Below are positions 1 to 8,940 of a stretch of 64,000 nt of DNA, piece by piece; within the stretch, counting starts at the first letter, position 1, and the number at the start of each line of letters is the position of its first letter. This DNA is from a virus. Taxonomy: Duplodnaviria > Caudoviricetes. The notes beneath the pieces are model-generated. The model was not told the origin of the DNA and searched no databases. It saw nothing but the letters and a program-made list of their open reading frames with translations. The stretch is from the IMG/VR virus record IMGVR_UViG_2921473944_000002, positions 53,340 to 117,339 of that record. One strand, given 5' to 3'. The translations under genes and the position numbers were made by a program.

Positions 1-10
1 TGATGGCAAT

Positions 11-355
11 ATGGCTATGGTTTCTCGCTACGGAACGACAGAGGAATTTATCTGTGAGTATGATGGAAAATTATGCGGTGATGAAATGGAAACTACAGAC
101 ATCGAAAAGGCTTTGAGATGGTTATGGAATCGTAAGGCAAATAAAGGCGGTATGAGTTTCTTGGTATTCCGTCGCAGAGTTGATGGAATGATAAAGAAAG
201 CTGGTGGTGGGATTTCTGTATCATACAGAGCAGATAGAGAAAACGGCAGGCATATTGCTCAATGCTCTGACGGCACAAAGATCATCGGCAGTACAAGCAG
301 CTTGCGAGTTTCCGTCCGTTGGGGAGCAGGACACGCTGCTACGGCAGAATTGTAA
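11..355 (+). CDS. hypothetical phage protein
   Basis: ORF co-oriented with neighbours; no recognised motif. Confidence 0.6.
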   Translation: MAMVSRYGTTEEFICEYDGKLCGDEMETTDIEKALRWLWNRKANKGGMSFLVFRRRVDGMIKKAGGGISVSYRADRENGRHIAQCSDGTKIIGSTSSLRVSVRWGAGHAATAEL

Positions 356-361
356 GGATTA

Positions 362-661
362 TTGTATATGAGTAAAAAGATGTATCACGCAAGATATGAT
401 GAGTGCGACGGCATGAGTCGCGAGGAATACATAGAATATCGCCGGGAAATTCAGAGAGAGAAGAGAAAGGCGGAAGTAGAAAGGAAGAAAAAGATGATTA
501 AGCAGAGATTGATGGGCATTGGAATGCTTTTAATTAGCGTTCTGATTTTTGTTATGGCAAGTCACGCTCAGGTTCGAGGAGATATTGACGGAACTCCATT
601 GTTAATCACGGTTCCGATGGGATTATATATGTTGTTCTCGAAAGAGTGCTGCATAATTTAG
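362..661 (+). CDS. hypothetical membrane protein
   Basis: Charged N-terminus followed by two hydrophobic segments. Confidence 0.65.
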   Translation: MYMSKKMYHARYDECDGMSREEYIEYRREIQREKRKAEVERKKKMIKQRLMGIGMLLISVLIFVMASHAQVRGDIDGTPLLITVPMGLYMLFSKECCII

Positions 662-671
662 GAGGTGTGCT

Positions 672-1262
672 ATGAAGGTATATAGAACTTCCGAGGTATT
701 AGCCGGAGGAAGATATGAAGTAGGAGATATCGTCAGATATACATTGGAAACTGGCGAGGAAGTTGAGGCAATAGCGGTAAAAGAGGAATATATAGGGAAT
801 TATGAGCCGTGCATGACGTTCATGCTTTTGGATTGTTTGAAAGATACTTGTCGCATGAATCGTGGCGATACGAATGAAGGCGGATACGAAAAATCATATC
901 TTAGAGAATGGCTTAATAAGGAATGTATTGAAAAATTCCCATTTGCCATGAGAATGAACATGATTCCGTTTGAGAATGGAGATCTGCTGAGCATTCCGAC
1001 AGAACGTGAGATTTTTGGACAGAATATATATGGTGAGGAAGAGCCGGACACAGTAGAACAGTTTGAACCGATGAAAAAGAGACGAAATCGATTAGCTTCC
1101 GATGGATTAAATGGAGGGTATCAGTATTACTGGCTGAAGAATAAACGTGTGGGGTCTGCGGCTTACTTCTGCTATGTGTACTACATCGGCGTTGCGGGCG
1201 GCTACGGCGCGTCTTATTCTCTTGGCGTTCGTCCGCTTTATCGTCTTCGTAACTATCGGTAA
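672..1262 (+). CDS. DUF6273-like protein with C-type-lectin-like C-terminus; probable DGR target
   Basis: SYLREWLN, YWL and GVRP motifs; GGAGG RBS; Tyr/Gly-rich C-terminus. Confidence 0.75.
   Translation: MKVYRTSEVLAGGRYEVGDIVRYTLETGEEVEAIAVKEEYIGNYEPCMTFMLLDCLKDTCRMNRGDTNEGGYEKSYLREWLNKECIEKFPFAMRMNMIPFENGDLLSIPTEREIFGQNIYGEEEPDTVEQFEPMKKRRNRLASDGLNGGYQYYWLKNKRVGSAAYFCYVYYIGVAGGYGASYSLGVRPLYRLRNYR
1155..1236 (+). other. DGR variable-repeat-like segment
   Basis: Run of NNC/NNT codons (tac tac atc ggc gtt gcg ggc ggc tac ggc) ending in ggcgttcgtccg; hairpin gccacca-ttta-tggtggc at 1267-1284. Confidence 0.55.
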
Positions 1263-1312
1263 TCTAGCCACCATTTATGGTGGCGAATGGCTTTCCAAAC
1301 GGAGGTGGTCTA

Positions 1313-1462
1313 ATGGATTTAACCGTAAGGTTTGTGGTTGTAGAAACCAATACAGTAGTTGACAAAACATTTAGCAATTACCTAGAGTGCAGGCGATTTG
1401 TAAATAGGTGCAGGCATTCCAGAAAGATAAAGTTGATATTTTACCCTACATTCAGGGATTAA
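1313..1462 (+). CDS. small hypothetical protein
   Basis: GGAGG RBS before ATG 1313. Confidence 0.5.
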   Translation: MDLTVRFVVVETNTVVDKTFSNYLECRRFVNRCRHSRKIKLIFYPTFRD

Positions 1463-1476
1463 GGAGAAATGGGAAT

Positions 1477-1992
1477 ATGTCAGATAAGATGAAACAAGAT
1501 AGAGCGATTTCTGTAGGAGAAAAGATATTTTTATCTGTTGCGATAATTATTATTGTAATGGTTCTTGCAACTCTAACAATTACTCAAGGAAAATCTACGG
1601 AGCATACATATGAAGTAGATACAGAAGAAATAACTGTCGATTATTCAGATGCAGAGAAATTCTTTTTAATGGATTTTGAACAGAGATATCCAGATTATCA
1701 AATATATGATTCCGGAGATTTAACAGCTGAGATTCTTGAAAACAGGAATGGGAAAGTAATTGTTGAAAGATGTGTGGGAATTGTAACCGATTCAGAGACA
1801 GGTGACGGGATGATATTGAACACAGACCCGGATCACTACTACATATCATATGCAGGAGTTGACGGCGTTACGGACGGAACTGTTATTGTATCATACATGG
1901 TTTACAGTACAAAGAATAATTCCACTGATGATATCGAAGAAAGATATGATTATATTGCATCGAGGGAATATGAACAGGAGGTATGGATGTGA
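1477..1992 (+). CDS. membrane-anchored hypothetical protein
   Basis: AAGGAG RBS; single N-terminal TM helix. Confidence 0.65.
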   Translation: MSDKMKQDRAISVGEKIFLSVAIIIIVMVLATLTITQGKSTEHTYEVDTEEITVDYSDAEKFFLMDFEQRYPDYQIYDSGDLTAEILENRNGKVIVERCVGIVTDSETGDGMILNTDPDHYYISYAGVDGVTDGTVIVSYMVYSTKNNSTDDIEERYDYIASREYEQEVWM

Positions 1993-2270
1993 TTAAAGAA
2001 GAGATGATGGCAAAGATTGCAAGCGACACGATGATTAGTCGTGGAATCGTAGAAGATGTCGTAAATTCGCTGCTAGAAAATATTGAGCAATCTTTAGTAA
2101 ATGGTGAAAACGTAGTATTCAGAGGATTTGGCACTTTTGAAGCTAAAGAAAGAAAAGCAAAGATAGGAAGAAATGTGAAAGCAGGCATTCCTGTTCAGAT
2201 TCCAGCGCATATTACTCCAGTATTTAAAGCAAGTGACGCATTAAAGAAAAAAGTATATAGAGAGGTGTAG
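1983..2270 (+). CDS. hup: HU/IHF-family DNA-binding protein
   Basis: GFGTFE...RKAKIGRN...PVFKAS signature. Confidence 0.92.
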   Translation: MDVIKEEMMAKIASDTMISRGIVEDVVNSLLENIEQSLVNGENVVFRGFGTFEAKERKAKIGRNVKAGIPVQIPAHITPVFKASDALKKKVYREV

Positions 2271-2272
2271 TT

Positions 2273-2884
2273 ATGCAGAATATAGATGTCACAGCTTCTG
2301 AAATTTGGGATTACTGCCTAAATCATCAAGAAGCACTTTCGAGAAATCAGCATTTGATGGCAGAAAATCCAGATTACGGGATGGAAGTCTGGCTAACGAT
2401 GATAAATGGTTCCCCGGAGCTTATTGTGGAATGTGATGGTAGTGAAATCTATCGGGAGGATATCCTGAATGAAAAGGATGCAAAGAAAACAGCTGATAGG
2501 ATATATGAAGATTATCTGAGCATCAAAGCAATTGAAACATTGACTGACGATGGCAACATGACGGTTGATGAAGATACAACGGTTTATATCGAGGATGAAG
2601 AAGATGATGAGCAGTCATTGATTGATGAGAGAGAAGATGAGATTGAGTTATCTGTCAGGGATTTTGTAAGTGTAGTGTCAGATACAGGGTGTTACAACGT
2701 AGAAGATGAAGTCATCGATGATTTAAAAGAACATTTCCTTGAGTATATGTATCGAAAATGGGGAATCGGAATCTATAGACCGATGTACCTTGAAGATGCA
2801 GATACAGGAGAGGATTATTTTACGGAATATCCATACGATGATCTGGTATATGAGGATGATAATCCAATATATAAACAAGAGTAG
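2273..2884 (+). CDS. acidic hypothetical protein
   Basis: GAGG RBS; D/E-rich ORF. Confidence 0.65.
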   Translation: MQNIDVTASEIWDYCLNHQEALSRNQHLMAENPDYGMEVWLTMINGSPELIVECDGSEIYREDILNEKDAKKTADRIYEDYLSIKAIETLTDDGNMTVDEDTTVYIEDEEDDEQSLIDEREDEIELSVRDFVSVVSDTGCYNVEDEVIDDLKEHFLEYMYRKWGIGIYRPMYLEDADTGEDYFTEYPYDDLVYEDDNPIYKQE

Positions 2885-2934
2885 TTAAAGCCGACGATTA
2901 TCGTCGGTATGCTTACCAATGCTCGGCTTCCGGG
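2880..2934. repeat. 55-bp direct repeat copy 1, containing hairpin ccgacga-tta-tcgtcgg
   Basis: Identical to 3720-3774. Confidence 0.95.
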
Positions 2935-3002
2935 ATGCCAACCCAAGCGTAAGCGGATAGCGCAAACGGAGTAAATATAAGAGAAAAAAGGAGATAAAAA
3001 TT

Positions 3003-3392
3003 ATGGCAAAAGTAAAAACAATGGGACAGGCAATCGTAGTAGTATCTGATGTGAAACTTGAGGATATCAAGAAGATTGAGAAGTATCGTCCAGATGCGCT
3101 GGTTCTTAAAGGCGGCGAGGACAATAAAGAAGAAATCTTCAGAATCGGTACAGGTAGCAGCAGTATCAATACATACGGAGCTTCTTTCTGTGAAGAGACT
3201 CGTGATGATGATAAAAAGGCTGTTATTACTATGACAACAGGTTACAACGGAGATGATATCAAAGGGTTCATCGCAGATGAGCTTGGTGCAGCTCTGACAA
3301 ACCTCGGAAAGCTTGAAAAAACTATCCCAGCAGTCATCGATGCTATCGACAAAGAAAGAGAAGCTATTATGTCTGGCATTACAGTTGCGTAG
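3003..3392 (+). CDS. hypothetical protein upstream of the Ubl gene
   Basis: AAGGAG RBS; ORF followed by terminator. Confidence 0.75.
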   Translation: MAKVKTMGQAIVVVSDVKLEDIKKIEKYRPDALVLKGGEDNKEEIFRIGTGSSSINTYGASFCEETRDDDKKAVITMTTGYNGDDIKGFIADELGAALTNLGKLEKTIPAVIDAIDKEREAIMSGITVA

Positions 3393-3404
3393 TCTTGCAG
3401 CATG

Positions 3405-3435
3405 TGGCTACCGTCTAGTTGCGGTAGCCATTTTT
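3405..3435 (+). terminator. intrinsic terminator
   Basis: tggctaccg/cggtagcca stem followed by TTTTT. Confidence 0.75.
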
Positions 3436-3492
3436 AAAAACTGAATATGGTACAAAATACATAATTTTTAATGAAGAAAAGGAGATCAAACC

Positions 3493-3720
3493 ATGATTAA
3501 AGTTACAGTAGGAAATAACGTAAAAAGAAACAGCGTAATCGTAGATGAGGCAACAACTCTGAGATCAGTGCTCGAAACAAATGAAATTGATTACACAAGA
3601 GGAACAATGCATCTTGATGGTTCTACACTGCAGCCGGGAGACCTTGATAAGTCATTCTCTGACATGGGAATCAGAGAAAAATGCTTCCTTCTGAACGTAG
3701 TAAAAGCTGATAATGCGTAA
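3493..3720 (+). CDS. ubiquitin-like (beta-grasp) protein
   Basis: 75 aa; beta-beta-alpha pattern (MIKVTV...TLRSVLE...LDG...LDKSFSDMGI...LLNVVK); near E1, E2 and JAB genes; ends in KADNA. Confidence 0.7.
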   Translation: MIKVTVGNNVKRNSVIVDEATTLRSVLETNEIDYTRGTMHLDGSTLQPGDLDKSFSDMGIREKCFLLNVVKADNA

Positions 3721-3774
3721 GTAGTTAAAGCCGACGATTATCGTCGGTATGCTTACCAATGCTCGGCTTCCGGG
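3720..3774. repeat. 55-bp direct repeat copy 2
   Basis: Identical to 2880-2934. Confidence 0.95.
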
Positions 3775-3820
3775 GAGAAATAATCTCCCCGGTATTATAG
3801 GTAATCACGGAGGCGCTACT

Positions 3821-4465
3821 ATGGCAAAGAAAAAGAACAACTTTTATGCGGTAAAGAAAGGAAAGATTCCCGGTTTATATAAAACATGGGATGAGTGTAA
3901 AGCGCAGGTTGATGGCTTTAGTGGCGCTTTATACAAAGGGTTCTCAACAAGGAAAGAGGCTGAGAATTACTTGGATGGCAATATTGAATCAGAAGAAGAT
4001 TCTTTAAACGAGGCGGAGGTTACAATATATGTAGACGGAAGCTATGATGAAAACACCAAGGTGTATGGATATGGTTTTGTGGTTATCAATAAAGACGGAA
4101 CCGTAGAAAAATATTATGGAGCAGGAAATAATCACGAGTCTGCAAAATTAAGAAATGTAGCAGGAGAGATGCTTGCGTCTATGAACGCTGTTAGATATGC
4201 AATTCAACACGGGTATAAGTCTGTGAAAATTTATTATGATTACAGTGGTATAGAAATGTGGGCGACTAAGGAATGGAAAACAAAGAATAATTTAACCACG
4301 AAGTACGCTTGCGCAATGCAAGAATGGATGTCAGAAATTTTAATTTCGTTCCAGAAAGTCGCAGCTCATACAGGCGTCGAATACAATGAAGCCGTAGATC
4401 AGCTTGCAAAATTTGCGGTAAGTAATTTTTGTAAGGAAAACAGTATAGGGAATGGAATGCGTTGA
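3821..4465 (+). CDS. rnhA: ribonuclease HI with N-terminal hybrid-binding (viroplasmin-like) domain
   Basis: FYAVKKG...GLYKTWDECK domain; YVDGS, NVAGE, YYD, KVAAHTG..YNE.VD.LAK motifs. Confidence 0.92.
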   Translation: MAKKKNNFYAVKKGKIPGLYKTWDECKAQVDGFSGALYKGFSTRKEAENYLDGNIESEEDSLNEAEVTIYVDGSYDENTKVYGYGFVVINKDGTVEKYYGAGNNHESAKLRNVAGEMLASMNAVRYAIQHGYKSVKIYYDYSGIEMWATKEWKTKNNLTTKYACAMQEWMSEILISFQKVAAHTGVEYNEAVDQLAKFAVSNFCKENSIGNGMR

Positions 4466-4603
4466 GGCGCTGATAGATGGTTCGATTCCATCCGTTCCAT
4501 CTATCTCATAGATGGAAATGAGATATGAGGAGGCTGTCCGAGATGTAAGAAACAGTCGGCTTGTGGATTGCCGGTACAAATATGCTGAAAATCCATATTA
4601 AAC

Positions 4604-4677
4604 GGATTGTTAGCTCAGGTGGTTAGAGCAACCGGCTCATAACCGGTCGGTCATCCGTTCGAGTCGGATACGATCCA
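4604..4677 (+). tRNA. tRNA with CAT anticodon, most likely tRNA-Ile2 (lysidine); CCA not encoded
   Basis: Full cloverleaf: ggattgt/acgatcc acceptor, accgg-ctcataa-ccggt anticodon arm resembling Firmicutes Ile2, TTCGAGT T-loop. Confidence 0.88.
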
Positions 4678-4704
4678 TTGAATATTTAAAAAGGAGGAAT
4701 TAAA

Positions 4705-6270
4705 ATGTTCAGACCAACCATTAACAATACGCCATTGACATCACAAATGGCAAATAGCTATTTCCAAAATATTTATGGAGATAACTTTAATTCTGATGTA
4801 ACTTTTGTTTCAACATTAAGAGCATTGGTTGCAAATAGAATCAAAGACGATGAAAGAGTAGTACTTAAGTTCAGGAATAGTTCGTTCGATAAAGACACAA
4901 TTGAAGGCGCAAGCGATATAAATGTGTTGAATGCTGTATGTAATCCAATGAACTATGCAAACGGTACAATCATTGTGCATAATTTTAGAGGAAATGCACA
5001 AGGGAATTTGGCATCTTTCCGAGTAATGGAAAGAGGATTCACATCAACATATAGTGGATTTGAGAGAATCGTTAAAGTAACAGAGTTTTTTAGAAAAACT
5101 TTTTACTCGTTATGTTTTGTTAACCCTAACACTAAGCAGGTTGTAATATTCATAGACAACCTAAATATCCGTCGTATGCATTATTTACAGTGCGCCATTT
5201 TTGCATTTATGCCTTGGTATTTTGATCCAAGTGAAGGTGTTACGGCAGATGAAATGGAACTGATTCAATCGTTAAGAGAGACAACGCCTGACAGATATAT
5301 GGCTGCGATTGCAAAGATTGCATCTGCATATGATTTTAGATCCATGCATATCAGAAACGAACTTAAAGGTTTCGAAACAATATACGAGAAAAGACAGTGC
5401 GCAGAACTCGAACAAAATATCGAATCGTATCTCCGCAATATTAGAGACTATAACGATCAAATTGCGAATATTCTTAGACAAAAATACGATGCTGAAATTA
5501 GATTGCTTGGGCTGAAAGATAAAATTGCGGCATCAGAAGGGGAAGATTCAGAGATTATGGAATACTTCCTCTGCAATTCGAAGCTCGATTTGGAGTATGT
5601 TAATAACTCTGACCTGACATTTGTTGTCAAGGATTATCTTATGTATTTCGATGAAGATATGGCAAAGACAATTATTGATAACAATCGAAGCTATATATAT
5701 CGAAATTCCAGAGATTTTGATGCAGACGATGTGAAGAAGCTGATGTATGCGATTTTCATTGACCAGACAATCAGGCTGCGATTCTGCTGTGCGTATACAC
5801 TCCGGTTAGGAGAGCGTGTCAGAGGATTAAGCGATTACGATTATAATGAAACCTATAGTACATATATGCCAAATCCACATATCGACAGATATAGTTGTCT
5901 GGGAAATTACGAGCGAACAATGAACGAAAGACTTAGAGATAATGATGCTATTGGAGCAATAGAATTATGTATTTCTTCGTGTAAGAGTTTGAATTTCAGT
6001 GACAGTACGGTTATGGAAACTTTCATGGCTCGCATGACTGGGGAACATGGATATAGACACAATAAATGCATTGAACTCCCAGATGGAAGTGTTGTAGATA
6101 TGAAAGGTGCTATTGCGTGGATGAAAGAACAGGAAGAAGCTACTGAGCAGAAAGAAGAAACTACAGAAAATGAGCAGGAAGTTCCTGAAAGACCGGAACA
6201 GGCGGCAGATACAGTTGAAGAGCCAATCGAAGATGATATTGATTTGCCAGACGACGAATTTGAATTCTAA
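4705..6270 (+). CDS. coiled-coil protein with C-terminal prokaryotic E2/UBC-like domain
   Basis: PNPHIDRYSCLGN resembles the E2 HP..I....CLG catalytic region; central coiled coil; sits between Ubl and JAB. Confidence 0.6.
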   Translation: MFRPTINNTPLTSQMANSYFQNIYGDNFNSDVTFVSTLRALVANRIKDDERVVLKFRNSSFDKDTIEGASDINVLNAVCNPMNYANGTIIVHNFRGNAQGNLASFRVMERGFTSTYSGFERIVKVTEFFRKTFYSLCFVNPNTKQVVIFIDNLNIRRMHYLQCAIFAFMPWYFDPSEGVTADEMELIQSLRETTPDRYMAAIAKIASAYDFRSMHIRNELKGFETIYEKRQCAELEQNIESYLRNIRDYNDQIANILRQKYDAEIRLLGLKDKIAASEGEDSEIMEYFLCNSKLDLEYVNNSDLTFVVKDYLMYFDEDMAKTIIDNNRSYIYRNSRDFDADDVKKLMYAIFIDQTIRLRFCCAYTLRLGERVRGLSDYDYNETYSTYMPNPHIDRYSCLGNYERTMNERLRDNDAIGAIELCISSCKSLNFSDSTVMETFMARMTGEHGYRHNKCIELPDGSVVDMKGAIAWMKEQEEATEQKEETTENEQEVPERPEQAADTVEEPIEDDIDLPDDEFEF

Positions 6271-6283
6271 GGAGCGTTGAATT

Positions 6284-7237
6284 ATGAGTAAAATGATAAA
6301 ATTACCACAGGATATCCTTGATCAGTATACAAAGGAGTTTTACGAAACTTTAAGATCAGGAAAATTTCCAGATGGGAAAGTTAATTTTTCCAAGACATTA
6401 GGGACTGTTGATAGAAAAGCAACAGTCCTTTTTACAGAGTTGGCATGGCAGAAAATGCAGCTCCTTATCAGGGAATTTAACGATGAGGTAGCATGGCACG
6501 GCATCGCAACGAGATGTGAAGAGCAAGATACATATCTCATTTCTGATATTTTGGTGTATCCACAGGAGGTTACAGGAACTACTGTTACTACAGATCAGGA
6601 AAAATATCAGATGTGGTTAATGGAGCAGGAAGACGATATATTTAATAACATTAGAATGCAGGGTCATTCTCATGTAAATATGGCAACCAGCCCATCCAGT
6701 GTGGACTTGAATCTATATGAAAGTATCCTAGATCAGCTCAGTGGTGATATGTTCTATATCTTTATGATTTGGAATAAGAGCGGGAGCAAAACTGTAAAAA
6801 TTTACGACCTCAGAGAGAATATTCTATTTGAGACTTCTGATGTTACAGTATCCATTAAAGATGTTGGCGATATGTCTGGATTTTTGAAAGAAGCAAAGGA
6901 ATTGGTGCAGAGAAAAACATATACATCTACATATGGCGGAAATGGATATCCGTATTCAGGATATGGTGGATACGGTGGCTATGGAGCCAAGAAAAAAGAT
7001 GAAAAGAAAGATGTGACAAGCCTGGGAAAACACAAACCCCTTACGTCAGAAAATAAAAAAAGCAAAGGACGTAAGGGGAAGCGTAAGAAAGGAAATAAAT
7101 CTACTAAACAGGTGACATTAGATGATTACTTCGGATTATCAACCCAAGACGTCGATGGATATGATGACGCAGATCTTGATGGTCTGAGCGAGTATGAGGA
7201 TGAATATTGGCGACGTAAATATGGTTTCGATTGCTAG
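6284..7237 (+). CDS. JAB/MPN metallopeptidase (deubiquitinase-like)
   Basis: Upstream EVAW glutamate plus HSHVNMATSPSSVD (HxH-x7-S-xx-D) motif. Confidence 0.85.
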   Translation: MSKMIKLPQDILDQYTKEFYETLRSGKFPDGKVNFSKTLGTVDRKATVLFTELAWQKMQLLIREFNDEVAWHGIATRCEEQDTYLISDILVYPQEVTGTTVTTDQEKYQMWLMEQEDDIFNNIRMQGHSHVNMATSPSSVDLNLYESILDQLSGDMFYIFMIWNKSGSKTVKIYDLRENILFETSDVTVSIKDVGDMSGFLKEAKELVQRKTYTSTYGGNGYPYSGYGGYGGYGAKKKDEKKDVTSLGKHKPLTSENKKSKGRKGKRKKGNKSTKQVTLDDYFGLSTQDVDGYDDADLDGLSEYEDEYWRRKYGFDC

Positions 7238-7250
7238 GGTGGTGAGATAA

Positions 7251-7727
7251 ATGACAAGAGATGATTTTCAAAGGGACGTAAGTAGCTGGTCTGACCTGAG
7301 AGCATTCTGTAATGAATATGGGTGTTCGGTATGCGAAGATGTATATTCGCAAGAAGAAATGGATGAAGAGATTAGTTCAAATCTAGTACAAATGGCGAGA
7401 GATGCGAGTGATTGGCATGAACTCTATCATCAGCTTGAAGATATACCAGATGGGTATTATTTTTATCTTAAAAATGAGTATGATGAATTTTCTGGCGCTG
7501 ATGATGATGACTTTGAAAGCTATCGCTCTGATGCTTTTGAGTGGGGCGAATACGAGGGAATCTTCGAGGATGAAGAGGAAGAAGACGATGACTACGAGGA
7601 AGAACTCGAGGAGACAGAGGAGCATTGTGATCCAGATGACGAGTACGAGGTCGGAAATGAAGATATTCCAATTGCAGATCTTTTCATAGTACCGAAAAAC
7701 GGAGATAGAGGAATTTATAATGTATAA
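7251..7727 (+). CDS. highly acidic hypothetical protein
   Basis: D/E-rich ORF within the Ubl gene cluster. Confidence 0.65.
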   Translation: MTRDDFQRDVSSWSDLRAFCNEYGCSVCEDVYSQEEMDEEISSNLVQMARDASDWHELYHQLEDIPDGYYFYLKNEYDEFSGADDDDFESYRSDAFEWGEYEGIFEDEEEEDDDYEEELEETEEHCDPDDEYEVGNEDIPIADLFIVPKNGDRGIYNV

Positions 7728-7742
7728 CACAAGGAGGACAAT

Positions 7743-8414
7743 ATGGATTTAAGTAAATCATATGAATTTTTTCAGCCAGAGAAAGATACAGCAAGAATCC
7801 ACATCGTAGGATGTGGATCTGTTGGCTCAACAATCGCAGAGAATCTTGCAAGATGCGGAGTGACCAAAATGACATTGTGGGATTTCGATAAAGTTGAACC
7901 TCATAATATCGTAAATCAGATGTTTAATCAGAATGATGTTGGTAAATTCAAGGTAGATGCTCTGAAGGATATTTTGACAGATATTAATCCAGAGATCGCA
8001 GAAAAAATTGAGGTTAAGCCAGAAGGATGGCAGGGAAAATTGATGTCTGGATATATCTTCTTATGCGTAGACAGTATCGAACTTAGAAGAGAGATTGTTG
8101 AAAAGCATATGGATAGTCCGTATGTAAAAGCGGTATTTGATTTTAGAACACTGCTTGAAAGCGCACAGCATTATGCAGCTGACTGGTCTGATTCCAAAAT
8201 GAAGGAAGATTTATTGAACTCGATGCAGTTCTCACATGATGAAGCTAAGGATGAGACACCAATATCCGCTTGTGGTGTTACACTTGGTGTAGCGACAACA
8301 GTAAGATTGATTTCAGCTCTCGGTGTGAACAACTACATCAATTTCGTAAAAGGCGATGGAATCAAGAAAATGATTATTATGGACGGGTTCAAATTTGACC
8401 TGTTGGCGTTTTAG
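7743..8414 (+). CDS. ThiF/E1-family adenylyltransferase
   Basis: IVGCGSVGS, DFDKVEPHNIVNQ, K, CVDS, DFR motifs; C-terminal SACG cysteine. Confidence 0.9.
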   Translation: MDLSKSYEFFQPEKDTARIHIVGCGSVGSTIAENLARCGVTKMTLWDFDKVEPHNIVNQMFNQNDVGKFKVDALKDILTDINPEIAEKIEVKPEGWQGKLMSGYIFLCVDSIELRREIVEKHMDSPYVKAVFDFRTLLESAQHYAADWSDSKMKEDLLNSMQFSHDEAKDETPISACGVTLGVATTVRLISALGVNNYINFVKGDGIKKMIIMDGFKFDLLAF

Positions 8415-8416
8415 CC

Positions 8417-8623
8417 ATGAGGGATAAGCAAAGAATCGACCTATTCTGCGAAATTTTATCGACTGCGTGGAAAAGAGTACCAGACATGAGATTCGGTCAG
8501 CTAATGTATAACTTCTTTCACGACGAGTATAACTCTGATCCATTTTATATAGAAGATACAGAACTGATTCGTAGCTTCCAAGCATATGTCGATAAAATCA
8601 GCAAAAATATGCATTCAAGATAA
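8417..8623 (+). CDS. small conserved-type hypothetical protein
   Basis: MRD..RI...W...PD.RFGQL...DPFYIED pattern. Confidence 0.7.
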   Translation: MRDKQRIDLFCEILSTAWKRVPDMRFGQLMYNFFHDEYNSDPFYIEDTELIRSFQAYVDKISKNMHSR

Positions 8624-8625
8624 AT

Positions 8626-8652
8626 AAACCGCCACCAAATGTGGCGGTTTTT
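8626..8652 (+). terminator. intrinsic terminator
   Basis: aaaccgccac/gtggcggttt stem plus T tail. Confidence 0.8.
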
Positions 8653-8655
8653 ATA

Positions 8656-8927
8656 AAGAACGTGCAATGATATTTATCTCTTCGAGATAGCTTCTTACTG
8701 TTAGTGGAAGTAACAACTTGAGCAGTGGGACAACACCACGGAAATAGAAGGCGGGACATGCATCTCCTCCAGAAACATAAATTGGAATAATACATAGAAA
8801 CCGTCATCTTCAGAAATAAAGAACAAACGTATTGATAATCAACGGATTACAGGTCAGCCAAATAAAAGTTGATCAGGAGGAGACTCCGCGGGATACAGTT
8901 ATACACACATTAGATTGCAAGGTTCTT
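8656..8927 (+). ncRNA. retron-like msr/msd cassette 1, directly upstream of the RT
   Basis: Terminal IR aagaac-g-tgcaat / attgca-ag-gttctt; G8669 right after the stem; hairpin tatctc-ttc-gagata; 32-nt core 8690-8721. Confidence 0.8.
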
Positions 8928-8940
8928 GAAAGGAGAAAGT

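Noticed and set aside
4604-4677. Initiator tRNA-Met
   Set aside because: The 1-72 pair is matched and there is no GGG/CCC anticodon stem; the arm resembles Ile2. Elongator Met is not fully excluded.
8690-8721. Superficial likeness of the core (CTTACTG...AGTAACAA) to a hatchet ribozyme 5' end
   Set aside because: Covariation in cassette 3 supports a different stem, and the downstream hatchet elements are not seen.
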